DNA from: an uncultured Gammaproteobacteria bacterium
GTDB taxonomy: Bacteria; Patescibacteriota; Microgenomatia; UBA12405
NCBI GenBank assembly: GCA_964537905.1
Contig: CAZICU010000001.1
Coordinates: 15,046 to 79,045 of the forward strand
DNA length: 64,000 nt
Reading direction: 5' to 3'
Part shown: positions 1 through 8,871 of the stretch, piece by piece
Layout of the letters: every line of letters starts with the position of its first letter
How positions within the stretch are numbered: position 1 is the stretch's first letter
Position numbers and translations under genes: made by a program
The notes under the pieces: model-generated
Database searches by the model: none
Told to the model about the DNA's origin: nothing
Seen by the model: only the letters and a program-made list of their open reading frames with translations

Positions 1-1378
1 CACTAGAACGACAGATTTGTACATAATCTCCATTACACCGTTTATCTCCAATAGGTGTACATTTAGTCAAGGTACAAGAACTAGTATTACATTTCCAGGT
101 AAATTTCGTTGGTTCTTCAACTGGATTTTGTGCCTGTAAACCACTCTTACATCCATATGCAGTTCCATAATCACACCAATCACCATCAGCAGGAGCTGAT
201 AAGGTGCATTTACAACAAGATTTAGTACTACATGCAGAATTACTAGTATTTACAGACTCACATAAACTTTTAATTCCCAAACATTGATCCGCCGGAACTT
301 TACCTGCAGGACAAGTTTCACAATTTGAAACTACATCACATCCAGTAGCAGTCATACAATCTGATTGATTAGTATAAGTATAATCACTAGTAGTTCCACT
401 AGTACAATTATAATCACCAGTACTTGTATTACAGGTACCTTTTTTCCATTTGTATGTAGTTTTAAGTGAAGACGCACAACAAAAAGCACCAGCCTCATTA
501 CAAGTTTTATCAGGTACAGAAGTAAAAGTAGTAGTACTACCAATATTTGCCGTCATTTGAGCACAACTACCATTTTTTTCTGACCAACAATTTAAGTTAG
601 TTCCAGTACATTTATTAGTTGAAACTACATCACATCCAGTAGCAGTCATACAATCTGATTGATTAGTATAAGTATAATCACTAGTAGTTCCACTAGTACA
701 ATTATAATCACCAGTACTTGTATTACAGGTACCTTTTTTCCATTTGTATGTAGTTGTTTTATCACATCCAGTAGCAGTCATACAATCTGATTGATTAGTA
801 TAAGTATAATCACTAGTAGTTCCACTAGTACAATTATAATCACCAGTACTTGTATTACAGGTACCTTTTTTCCATTTGTATGTAGTTGTAGTAGTACTTG
901 GTACAGCACAACAAACAGGAGTACCTCCAGAACAACCCGCGTTTGCTATTACTTCACCATTTTCAGCATTACATATTGCTACAGTTCCAACACAAGCCCC
1001 ACCCCTAGAATTACAAGTAGATGTAGAGTTACAACACACCAAAGGACTTGCACAAAAACCAGTAGTGTTAGAAATCACTCCTCTACCCGTCGTAGTTACA
1101 CACGTCTGATTATTTTCACAAACACCACCAACTTTAGAACACTTTGACTGACAATTTGGCACTTTGTTAGCATCCCAATAACAACTAGAATTATTACTAC
1201 ACTCAGTGAGTATACCGCAAGCTGTACAATTTGTATTAGAACAACCTGTCCCAGTTGCCGCTTTACTTCTATTCTCTTGATTCTGTTGGACCAATTTTGT
1301 CGTTACCGGCAGGGCTACTGCCATTACTAACATCACTACCATTATTGCTATTGAAGCGATACCTTTTTGTTTATTCAT
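1..1378 (-). CDS. Cys-rich secreted repeat protein, paralogue A (3' end runs off window start); N-term MNKQKGIASIAIIMVVMLVMAVALPVTTKLVQQNQENRSKA..., >450 aa, contains 3 copies of a 42-aa TTYKWKKGTCNTSTGDYNCTSGTTSDYTYTNQSDCMTATGCD module
   Basis: Manual reverse-strand translation from ATG (complement of cat at 1376-1378) is open to position 1. N-terminal hydrophobic anchor plus conserved QENRSKA motif shared with ORFs 1577-1858 and 2997-3329. Very high Cys/Thr/Asn/Gly content. Confidence 0.6.
   Translation of the reverse strand, partial: MNKQKGIASIAIMVVMLVMAVALPVTTKLVQQNQENRSKAATGTGCSNTNCTACGILTECSNNSSCYWDANKVPNCQSKCSKVGGVCENNQTCVTTTGRGVISNTTGFCASPLVCCNSTSTCNSRGGACVGTVAICNAENGEVIANAGCSGGTPVCCAVPSTTTTTYKWKKGTCNTSTGDYNCTSGTTSDYTYTNQSDCMTATGCDKTTTYKWKKGTCNTSTGDYNCTSGTTSDYTYTNQSDCMTATGCDVVSTNKCTGTNLNCWSEKNGSCAQMTANIGSTTTFTSVPDKTCNEAGAFCCASSLKTTYKWKKGTCNTSTGDYNCTSGTTSDYTYTNQSDCMTATGCDVVSNCETCPAGKVPADQCLGIKSLCESVNTSNSACSTKSCCKCTLSAPADGDWCDYGTAYGCKSGLQAQNPVEEPTKFTWKCNTSSCTLTKCTPIGDKRCNGDYVQICRSS
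338..889 (-). repeat. Intragenic near-identical tandem repeats (~126 nt unit, copies at ~338-463, 632-757, 764-889) encoding the 42-aa module of paralogue A
   Basis: Identical string acatccagtagcagtcatacaatctgattgattagtataagtataatcactagtagttccactagtacaattataatcaccagtacttgtattacaggtaccttttttccatttgtatgtagtt occurs 3 times; copies 2 and 3 are directly adjacent, copy 1 is separated by a ~165-nt unique spacer. Confidence 0.85.
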
Positions 1379-1576
1379 TTTTTTAATATAAAAATTACTC
1401 AATGAAAAAGTAAACCACTTTTAAAAATTTAAGTCAATAAGTCATTTTTATAATTCTATTAATTGTCTTTTCTAAATAGTAAAATCAACTAAAAAATAAC
1501 CTCTTTCAAAAAAAAATAATCCCCCCAAATTAATCCCAAAAAACATCCCTTAAAAAACACTTTAAACAATCAAAAT

Positions 1577-1858
1577 TTACAACGTATTACAATCACCAGT
1601 CGTTGTATTACATCCTACATCTCCACAACCGATGATACTAACAAAACCAATTCCAGCTGAATTACAAGTTTGAGAATACCATTGATTCAAAGAATTTTTA
1701 AAACATTCCTTCACATTTGGAGTACAGACATTTTCTACTGTTGCTTTACTTCGATTTTCTTGAACTTGTTGAACTAACTTTATGGTTATTGGTAAAGCCA
1801 CTACCATTAATAAAACTACAATTACTGCTATTGAAGCGATACCTTTTTGTTTATTCAT
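1577..1858 (-). CDS. Small Cys-rich secreted protein, paralogue B (93 aa)
   Basis: ORF track. N-term MNKQKGIASIAVIVVLLMVVALPITIKLVQQVQENRSKAT is nearly identical to paralogue A. 8 Cys in the mature part. Confidence 0.6.
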   Translation of the reverse strand: MNKQKGIASIAVIVVLLMVVALPITIKLVQQVQENRSKATVENVCTPNVKECFKNSLNQWYSQTCNSAGIGFVSIIGCGDVGCNTTTGDCNTL

Positions 1859-1910
1859 TTTTTTTAATATAAAAATTACTCAATGAAAAAGTAAACCACT
1901 TTTTAAAATA
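1810..1910 (-). repeat. ~100-nt segment (5' UTR/promoter plus first codons) duplicated at 1330-1430 and 1810-1910, indicating tandem gene duplication of paralogues A and B
   Basis: ctattgaagcgatacctttttgtttattcattttttt(t)aatataaaaattactcaatgaaaaagtaaaccact is present upstream of and into both genes. Confidence 0.8.
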
Positions 1911-1922
1911 TCTGTCAACGAC

Positions 1923-2957
1923 TCACTTTAAAATTCTACTAATATCACCTACTGTAATTAACAAAATTAATCCCAAAAGCAACATCATTCCTAAATTGTT
2001 TACTACTATCTCTAATTTCTGGTTCACTTTCTTTTTAAAAATCATTTCATATAAAACAAAAATAATTCTGCCACCATCTAATGCTGGAAAAGGTAAAATA
2101 TTTACCACCGCCAAATTAACCGATACTATTCCAAAAAAATGAATCACTGCCAATAATCCCTGGTTTTTATTAATAGCCGAAGTTGCTTCATACATCCCAA
2201 TTGGACCGCTAACATCTTTTGGCACTTGTCCCATAAACAATCCCCCAATCATTTTAAATACCCCACCGGCAATAATTTTTCCCCAATAATAAGCTTCTTT
2301 AAACCCAGCCCAAATACCTTCATAGAATCGATACCAAGGTACTTTTATCATCTCTGTATTAGAAATGGCTACTCCCATACTTCCCTCACCTTCTGGTGGA
2401 TTTTCTCTCACAGCGACGGTTATTTTTTTATTATTAATTATTAATTCCACATCCTTACCCTTATATTTACCTACTTCATCAATCAATTCATTAGCTTTTT
2501 TTACTTCAATACCATTTACTTGAGTAATCACATCATTTTCTTTTAAACCAGATTTATCTGCTGGTGAATCTTTAGTTACTCCTACAATTATCACTTTATC
2601 AACTTCTTTGGGAACTCCAACTACAGTATAAACCACACTAAATATAGTTATTGCCAAAACTAAATTCATAATTACTCCACCCAAAACTATTATCATTTTC
2701 TGCCACGGTTTCTTATGATTAAACGCCTCTCCCCCTTTACCATCACCATCTTCCCCATACAATTTACAAAAACCTCCGATAGGCAACCAATTTAAACTAT
2801 AAATAGTTCCTCTTATTTTTTTACCAAAAATTCTAGGTGGCAAACCCAAACCAAATTCTTCTACTTTTACCCCTGTTTTTCGAGCAGCAATAAAATGCCC
2901 CCATTCATGAACCAAAACTAAAAGAGATAAAGCTAAAACAAAAATTAATAAATCCAT
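1923..2957 (-). CDS. rseP: Site-2 protease RseP/RasP (M50 zinc metalloprotease with PDZ domain)
   Basis: HEWGHF (HExxH) in the first TM helix, PDZ-like central region, C-terminal LDGG motif. 344 aa, typical RseP architecture. Confidence 0.85.
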   Translation of the reverse strand: MDLLIFVLALSLLVLVHEWGHFIAARKTGVKVEEFGLGLPPRIFGKKIRGTIYSLNWLPIGGFCKLYGEDGDGKGGEAFNHKKPWQKMIIVLGGVIMNLVLAITIFSVVYTVVGVPKEVDKVIIVGVTKDSPADKSGLKENDVITQVNGIEVKKANELIDEVGKYKGKDVELIINNKKITVAVRENPPEGEGSMGVAISNTEMIKVPWYRFYEGIWAGFKEAYYWGKIIAGGVFKMIGGLFMGQVPKDVSGPIGMYEATSAINKNQGLLAVIHFFGIVSVNLAVVNILPFPALDGGRIIFVLYEMIFKKKVNQKLEIVVNNLGMMLLLGLILLITVGDISRILK

Positions 2958-2996
2958 AAAATCATAGTATTTAAATTAAAGTCTTTCCACAATATT

Positions 2997-3329
2997 TTAT
3001 TTTTTATTAGCACTGCAACTAACCATAATATCTGCACTCGTTCCAATACAATTCCAATCGTAACTACCATCATCAGCTTCACTATCCATCCAATTTACTG
3101 CACCAGAAGCACAAGCAACTTGAACATCAGGCATTGCCTCAACAGTTGTTCCATTAACTTCCCCACAAACAGCCTCAATCTCACGAATAATCACTGGAGT
3201 ATTTTCTTCCATTTCACTTGTTGCTTTACTTCGATTTTCTTGGCTATTTTCTGCCAACCAAGTAGTCAATGGAATCGCCACCGCTAATAACAAGGCTCCT
3301 AACATTAAATACTTATTTTTTTTACTCAT
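2997..3329 (-). CDS. Small Cys-rich secreted protein, paralogue C (110 aa)
   Basis: N-terminal anchor followed by ENSQENRSKAT motif, as in paralogues A and B. 6 Cys. Confidence 0.55.
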   Translation of the reverse strand: MSKKNKYLMLGALLLAVAIPLTTWLAENSQENRSKATSEMEENTPVIIREIEAVCGEVNGTTVEAMPDVQVACASGAVNWMDSEADDGSYDWNCIGTSADIMVSCSANKK

Positions 3330-3363
3330 TATTTACTAAGAATAAACTAAATAAATATTTAGG

Positions 3364-3924
3364 TCAACCTCTGATTTCTTTTTCTTTTTTAGAAGCAATA
3401 TCTTCTAATTTTTTAATAAATTCGTCGGTTATTTTCTGTAATTCAGTTTCGTCTCGTTTAAATTCATCTTCCGATATTTCTTTTGATTGTTTGGCAGACT
3501 GTAAATCTGATCTAAAATCAGCTCTCGCATCGCGAATCATTACTCTTGCTCCCTCCAACTTTCTTCCCAATAATTTTACATAATCTTCTCTTTGTTCTAC
3601 TGTTAACATTGGTAAACTCATTCTAATTATTTGTCCATCGACTACTGGATTCATTCCTACATTAGCCGCCGCAATTCCATTAGAAATTTCTCTGATCAAT
3701 GTTTGATCCCAAGGTTGAAAAGTTAAAGATCTAACATCAGGCACTCCAATTGATCCCAATTCAATTAGTTTCATTTTTTGTCCACCATAAACTGTCACTA
3801 CCACATTTTCAATTAATCCCGGGGTTGCTCTACCAGTTCTGAGTGAAGCAATATCTTCTACAAATATAGAAACAATTTTGTCCATTCGGACTCTAACTTC
3901 TGCAAAATTTATCATATAAATCAT
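3364..3924 (-). CDS. frr: Ribosome recycling factor
   Basis: RRF hallmark segments (VRTGRATPGLIENVVVTVYGG, LPMLTVEQREDYVKL). Probable true start is the internal Met MINFAEV (3915). Confidence 0.9.
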   Translation of the reverse strand: MIYMINFAEVRVRMDKIVSIFVEDIASLRTGRATPGLIENVVVTVYGGQKMKLIELGSIGVPDVRSLTFQPWDQTLIREISNGIAAANVGMNPVVDGQIIRMSLPMLTVEQREDYVKLLGRKLEGARVMIRDARADFRSDLQSAKQSKEISEDEFKRDETELQKITDEFIKKLEDIASKKEKEIRG

Positions 3925-3971
3925 TATACCAAAAAATATAATTTATTTTAAAAAAACTTAATCCTGTAATA

Positions 3972-4535
3972 TTGAAAATACCTAATTTGTGGTATAAAAT
4001 ATCACACATGAGAAAAGAAACTATACCTGATATAAAAAATTTTCAATTACCCACACCATCTGTTTATAATATAGACAATATTAAAAATAGAATTAATGAA
4101 TTAGAGTCTATTTCTTTTGACTCTAGATCAACTAGTGAAACTAATTTATTAAATTATTATCAACAACTTTTTAAAGTTCCTCTTAATCCAACAGATAGAA
4201 ATTTAGAACAACAAAACAGTCTTATCAAAAAATGTTCTTTGGGTAGCAATGAATATGTAGAAGAACTATATAATACCTGTTTTATCAAAACAGATGAATT
4301 CGATCCAGAAAATAATAAATATTCCCAAATAAAAAAAATTAGTAGTTTGTTAAGTTATATTTTAGATAAAAATGAAGTGTTTGAAAATATATTAGAGTTA
4401 GTTAGTCCAATAGCCAATACAAAACCTTATAGACAAACAATTTTATCTAATTTCAGAGAATATTGGGCTCCAGACGAAGAACTAAAAAGAAAAGCAATCC
4501 TAAGAATGAAAGAAAAGTGGGATTTAGTTGATTAA
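3972..4535 (+). CDS. Hypothetical protein (187 aa), opposite strand, inserted between frr and tsf where pyrH normally sits
   Basis: ORF only; no recognisable motif. Confidence 0.35.
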   Translation: MKIPNLWYKISHMRKETIPDIKNFQLPTPSVYNIDNIKNRINELESISFDSRSTSETNLLNYYQQLFKVPLNPTDRNLEQQNSLIKKCSLGSNEYVEELYNTCFIKTDEFDPENNKYSQIKKISSLLSYILDKNEVFENILELVSPIANTKPYRQTILSNFREYWAPDEELKRKAILRMKEKWDLVD

Positions 4536-4559
4536 ACTAATAATAAAAGACAAACGATT

Positions 4560-5033
4560 TTAGATTTCGTATCTTTGAAACCTAGTTAATTTCATATTTT
4601 CCCCAAATTTGACCACTAAACCTTTTATTTTTTCTTCAATTGTAATTGAAGCATCTTTAATAAATTCTTGTTTTAAAAGTTGATCAACGTTTTCTGGATT
4701 CATTGCCGCAATTTGTAAACAGATATCTTTTGTTAATTCCATGAAATCTTCATGTTTAGCTACAAAATCAGTTTCACAAAGCAACTCAACCATAACTCCA
4801 ATTTTACCTGTAGAATGGGTATAAGTAGCTACTCTCCCCTGGTGAGTTTCTCTTTCAGTTTTGGTCTCTGCTTTTTTAAATCCTTTTTCTTTTAAAATTT
4901 GTTTGGCTTTAGTTTCATCACCATCAGCTTCTTCCAAAGCGGCTTTAATTTCCATAATTCCCAATCCAGTTTCATTTCTGATTTTTTTAACTAATTCAAT
5001 TATTTTTTTATTATCCATAATTTTTTTAAACAA
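4560..5033 (-). CDS. tsf: Elongation factor Ts (short form, 157 aa)
   Basis: N-terminal UBA-like IRNETGLGIMEIKAALEEADGDETKAKQILKEKG, typical of EF-Ts. Confidence 0.85.
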   Translation of the reverse strand: MFKKIMDNKKIIELVKKIRNETGLGIMEIKAALEEADGDETKAKQILKEKGFKKAETKTERETHQGRVATYTHSTGKIGVMVELLCETDFVAKHEDFMELTKDICLQIAAMNPENVDQLLKQEFIKDASITIEEKIKGLVVKFGENMKLTRFQRYEI

Positions 5034-5081
5034 TTTTTAATTTTTCCATTAGCTACTTACTACTAGCTAATTACTAATTAA

Positions 5082-5999
5082 CTATTTAGTACCTGCTGCT
5101 TTAATTGCTTTTCCAATTTCTTCAACCAAAAGATTAACACTTTTAACTGAATCATCATTGGCTGGAATAGCAAAATCAACTTTATAAGGATTGGCATCAG
5201 TATCACTAATAGCCACTACCTTAATTTTTCTTAATTTAGCTTCTTTTACTGCTGTTTTTTCACAACCAGCATCAACTACAAAAAGAATATCAAATAATCT
5301 TTCTAAACTAGTCAAACCACCAACAATCTTTTCTAATCTAGCAACTTCTTTGTTCATATCCGAAAGTTCTTTTTTAGTACTTTCAACAAATTTTCCCGAT
5401 TCTAAACCACTTTTAAGATCAACTAATTTTTTGACGTCTTTTTTAATTTGATCCCAATTAGTAATTGTTCCACCTAACCATCGATCAGTTACATAAGGTA
5501 CACCAGCATTTAAAGCTACTCTTCGAACCACCTCTCTTGACTGTCTTTTGGTTCCTACTAAAACTATCTGTTTATTATTTCTTTTTTGGTTATAAATAAA
5601 ATTACAAGCTTTTTGTAATCCTTCCAAAGTTTTTACCAAATCAATTACTTCAATTCCATCTTTTTTACCATAAATAAAATCACGAGCTTTTGGATTAGTT
5701 TTAGAAACTTTATGACCTAAATGACAACCCGCATTCAATAAATCTTTTAATCCAATGGTTAAATCATAATTTTTATCTTCTTTAGCCGCCGTAGCTTTAG
5801 CCAAGGATGGCTTCTCTTCAACTGCATTCACTTTATTTTCCAAAATCTTTTTCTCTTCCAATTTCTTTTCGTTCATTTTCTTGATGTTTTCAGCTGAAAT
5901 CTTACTTTGATTTTTAGCTTTAACCACCAATGCTTTTTTAACCAAAGATTTACCGCTTCGGTTGACGGTTTTAGTTATATTTTTTTTGGCTTCTGCCAT
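5082..5999 (-). CDS. rpsB: 30S ribosomal protein S2 with ~70-aa Lys/Glu-rich N-terminal extension
   Basis: LLNAGCHLGHKVSKTNPKARDFIYG and TDRWLGGTITNW motifs. Positioned in the rpsB-tsf-frr operon order. Confidence 0.9.
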   Translation of the reverse strand: MAEAKKNITKTVNRSGKSLVKKALVVKAKNQSKISAENIKKMNEKKLEEKKILENKVNAVEEKPSLAKATAAKEDKNYDLTIGLKDLLNAGCHLGHKVSKTNPKARDFIYGKKDGIEVIDLVKTLEGLQKACNFIYNQKRNNKQIVLVGTKRQSREVVRRVALNAGVPYVTDRWLGGTITNWDQIKKDVKKLVDLKSGLESGKFVESTKKELSDMNKEVARLEKIVGGLTSLERLFDILFVVDAGCEKTAVKEAKLRKIKVVAISDTDANPYKVDFAIPANDDSVKSVNLLVEEIGKAIKAAGTK

Positions 6000-6002
6000 A
6001 TT

Positions 6003-6115
6003 TTTTTATTCCGATTTATCGGAATCCTCCTTACTTGTCCGCCGAAATTTTAATGAAGGCGGATTAATTTCGATACCGGGTATTACTCCCAGGATTCTTG
6101 TATCGAAACAAAATT
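6003..6115 (-). promoter_or_regulatory. Structured rpsB 5' leader: SD (aggagg, complement) separated from the AUG by a perfect hairpin ttccgatttatcggaa; second hairpin tccgcc...ggcgga
   Basis: Inverted repeats read directly. The SD-to-start distance (~27 nt) is only compatible with initiation if the hairpin forms. Confidence 0.3.
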
Positions 6116-6173
6116 TTTAATCTAGAAATTATAACATAACCCTATTTCAACAAAAAATTGTTAAAATACTTTC

Positions 6174-8378
6174 ATGTCTGACAATGGTTTTATTGTCCTA
6201 GAAATTCGATTACCTCAACAAAACGAGTTTACTTTTGAGGCCATGTCTTCTTTATTGTCTAATTTTACCCAATTTTCCAAACTTTCTTTTGCTGAAAAAT
6301 TAGTTGGAAAGAAAAAAACTATTGCTTCTTTAGAAATTGTTTTAAAAGATGGCCAGCTTCGTTTTTTTGTTGTTATTCCCAAAACTGAAATTGATTTTTT
6401 TAGATCTCAAATTTTAGCTCAATATTCCAGCGCTATTACCAGAGAAAGTTCTGATCACATCGCTGAATTTTTAACTCCAACTTTAACTGACCCTAACCAA
6501 CCAAATTCTCCTTTAAACATTATTTCTCCCTCTTTTACTCAACTTGGTTTAGGTAGATCTTACAGTTATCCCCTAAAAACTACTAAAGATTTCCGAGATA
6601 CTGACCCTTTAAACTCAGTTTTAGCTCCCCTATCTCGATCAAACAATATCAAAGATTTTTTTGTCTTTCAAATTGTCCTTTCCTCTGCCCCAAAAAATTG
6701 GCAAGGCAGCATTATTAGTACTATTCAAAACGGAATTTTAGTCGACAAAGAACGCAACATTCGCACCGCCCATCCTGACAAAATGATTTTTGAACAAAAA
6801 ATCCAATTTCCCGGAATTTTTGCTCAAATTAACTTTCTTTCAAATAATCCTGGTTTAATCTCTTCTGTTTCTTCTTCATTTGGAGCTTACACTAATCCTC
6901 GAGGTAATTTTATTAAAAATTATCCTCCTAATTTTTTTACTAAAAACAAACTTCTTAAAGCTATCAAAAACAGAGAAATTTTTTCTGGCCTCAAAGGTCA
7001 AATTTTTAACACCGAAGAACTTTCCGCCATTTGGCATTTCCCTAATCAAATCACCAAACTTCCTAATATTGCTTGGGGAAAAAATCTTTATTCTGATCCT
7101 CCAGAAAATTTACCAATTGCTGACAATACGACTCCCGAAGAAAAATCTCAAATTACTTTTTTTGCCAAAACTGAATTTAGAAATAAAGATTCTATTTTTG
7201 GTATCAAACAAGGAGAAGACCGTCGCCGTCATACCTACATCATCGGTAAATCAGGTACTGGTAAAACCACTCTTATTGCCAATATGGCCATTGATGATAT
7301 TCGCAAAGGTCGAGGTGTGGCTGTTATCGATCCTCATGGTGATTTATGTAACACTATTCTCGATTATGTCCCTAGTTCCCGTATTAATGATGTTTGTTAT
7401 TTTAATCCTGCCGACCCCGAATACGTTTACCCTCTCAACGTTCTTGAAGCCAAAAATGATTCTCAAAAAGAACTAATTGCCTCCGGTGTTCTCTCTATTT
7501 TTAAAAAACTTTACGGTACTGTTTCCTGGGGACCACGACTTGAACATATCTTACGCAATGCTGTTTTAACTTTAGTCAATTCGCCCGGTTCAGATCTTAC
7601 TCATATCGTTGAAATTTTAACCAATAAAAATTTTCGAGAAAAATGTGTTTCTCAACTTACCAATCAAACTCTTATCAATTTCTGGCGCAACGAATTTGAC
7701 CGTATGGATCCAAAATTTCAAAATGAAGCTGTGTCTCCTATTTTAAATAAAGTTGGTCAATTTATTGCTTCGACTAACATTCGCAATACCGTCGCCCATG
7801 CTAAATCAAAAATAAATATTCAGGAAATCATGGATAATAAAAAGATTTTAATTGCCGATTTATCTACTGGTCGTCTTGGTGAAGACAATTCTTCTCTTCT
7901 TGGAGCCATGATTATCACTCAAATTCAACTTTCCGCCATGAATCGGGTTTTTCAAGCCGCTGAAGATCGTTCTGATTTTTATCTTTACGTCGATGAATTT
8001 CAAAATTTTGCTACCGAAGCTTTTATTAAAATCCTTTCTGAAGCTCGCAAATTTAAACTTAACCTTATCATTGCCAACCAATATATGTCTCAATTAGACA
8101 GGACTATTCAAGACGCCATTTTAGGCAACGTTGGTTCTATTATTTCTTTTGTTGTCGGTAATCAAGATGCTTTTATTTTAGCCAAAGAATTCGGTTCTGC
8201 CTTCCCCCCCGAAGACTTAGTTAAAATTGGTAAATATCAAGTCATTTGTAAACTTTCTATCGATTCCGAAACCACCCAACCATTTTATGCCACCACTTTA
8301 CCTCCTTTATCTTGTAAAAATCAACAACGAGACAAACTAATCAGAACTTCTCAAGAACATTGGGGTAAAAAGAAATAA
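6174..8378 (+). CDS. Soluble TraD/TrwB/VirD4-type (type IV coupling protein-like, TraG-D_C/DUF87) P-loop ATPase, 734 aa, no N-terminal TM
   Basis: Walker A YIIGKSGTGKTT followed by AVIDPHGDL (cf. TrwB VIVDPNGD). Walker B YVDEFQNF and the LIIANQYMSQL motif typical of T4CP C-termini. Confidence 0.6.
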   Translation: MSDNGFIVLEIRLPQQNEFTFEAMSSLLSNFTQFSKLSFAEKLVGKKKTIASLEIVLKDGQLRFFVVIPKTEIDFFRSQILAQYSSAITRESSDHIAEFLTPTLTDPNQPNSPLNIISPSFTQLGLGRSYSYPLKTTKDFRDTDPLNSVLAPLSRSNNIKDFFVFQIVLSSAPKNWQGSIISTIQNGILVDKERNIRTAHPDKMIFEQKIQFPGIFAQINFLSNNPGLISSVSSSFGAYTNPRGNFIKNYPPNFFTKNKLLKAIKNREIFSGLKGQIFNTEELSAIWHFPNQITKLPNIAWGKNLYSDPPENLPIADNTTPEEKSQITFFAKTEFRNKDSIFGIKQGEDRRRHTYIIGKSGTGKTTLIANMAIDDIRKGRGVAVIDPHGDLCNTILDYVPSSRINDVCYFNPADPEYVYPLNVLEAKNDSQKELIASGVLSIFKKLYGTVSWGPRLEHILRNAVLTLVNSPGSDLTHIVEILTNKNFREKCVSQLTNQTLINFWRNEFDRMDPKFQNEAVSPILNKVGQFIASTNIRNTVAHAKSKINIQEIMDNKKILIADLSTGRLGEDNSSLLGAMIITQIQLSAMNRVFQAAEDRSDFYLYVDEFQNFATEAFIKILSEARKFKLNLIIANQYMSQLDRTIQDAILGNVGSIISFVVGNQDAFILAKEFGSAFPPEDLVKIGKYQVICKLSIDSETTQPFYATTLPPLSCKNQQRDKLIRTSQEHWGKKK

Positions 8379-8425
8379 AACCAAACCTTGACAATCTCCG
8401 TATATGTCACTTATAATATAAAAAT

Positions 8426-8869
8426 ATGAGTGAAAAAATTATTGATATTTCCAATACAAAACAAGAATATTGGGAAAGTATTTTATCAGGAGAAGGATTA
8501 GGTGAAAATCTTTCCCCTACTAATTCAGATCAACCAAAAAATTTTCAAGACGGAAATATTGATATCAATAAAGACGATAAAGACATTGAAGGTTATTATT
8601 TCTCAAAAACCAATAATAAAGGTTGTAATGGTTGTAATCCAAGAATAATGCATTTTGAAGGATGTTGTTCAAGAGAAGTAGCTGAAAGTCATGGTTATAA
8701 GTACTACTCTGTCGAAGACCTAACCGATCATGTAATATATGACATTTGTGAATTTTTAACTCGAAACGAAGATGGAATTTGGAGATGTGAAAATTATTTT
8801 AAACGTCCCCAAAAATGCCGTTCTTTTGAATGCGATACTTCAATTGGACACAGGATTAGAAAAAATTAA
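8426..8869 (+). CDS. Hypothetical Cys-rich protein (147 aa)
   Basis: ORF; C-terminal half has 9 Cys (CNGCNPR..GCC..C..C..C..C). Confidence 0.4.
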   Translation: MSEKIIDISNTKQEYWESILSGEGLGENLSPTNSDQPKNFQDGNIDINKDDKDIEGYYFSKTNNKGCNGCNPRIMHFEGCCSREVAESHGYKYYSVEDLTDHVIYDICEFLTRNEDGIWRCENYFKRPQKCRSFECDTSIGHRIRKN

Positions 8870-8871
8870 TT

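Noticed and set aside
352-543. 63-aa minus-strand ORF and plus-strand ORFs 791-1147 / 876-1109 within the Cys-rich repeat gene
   Set aside because: Out-of-frame or antisense to the long open reading frame that starts at 1378. Compositions (poly-Leu/Val or poly-Thr/Ser) are mirror artefacts of the real Cys/Thr/Asn-rich frame.
338-889. Considered the 126-nt tandem repeats as a CRISPR or minisatellite array
   Set aside because: Repeats are in-frame coding modules of a protein with no spacer/repeat alternation of CRISPR type. No cas genes in window.
2226-2444. 72-aa + ORF antisense to rseP
   Set aside because: Embedded antisense in a confidently assigned gene.
6880-7476. 198-aa + strand ORF inside the T4CP-like gene
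   Set aside because: Alternative frame of a well-supported longer gene. Low-complexity I/L/K-rich translation typical of AT-rich off-frame ORFs.
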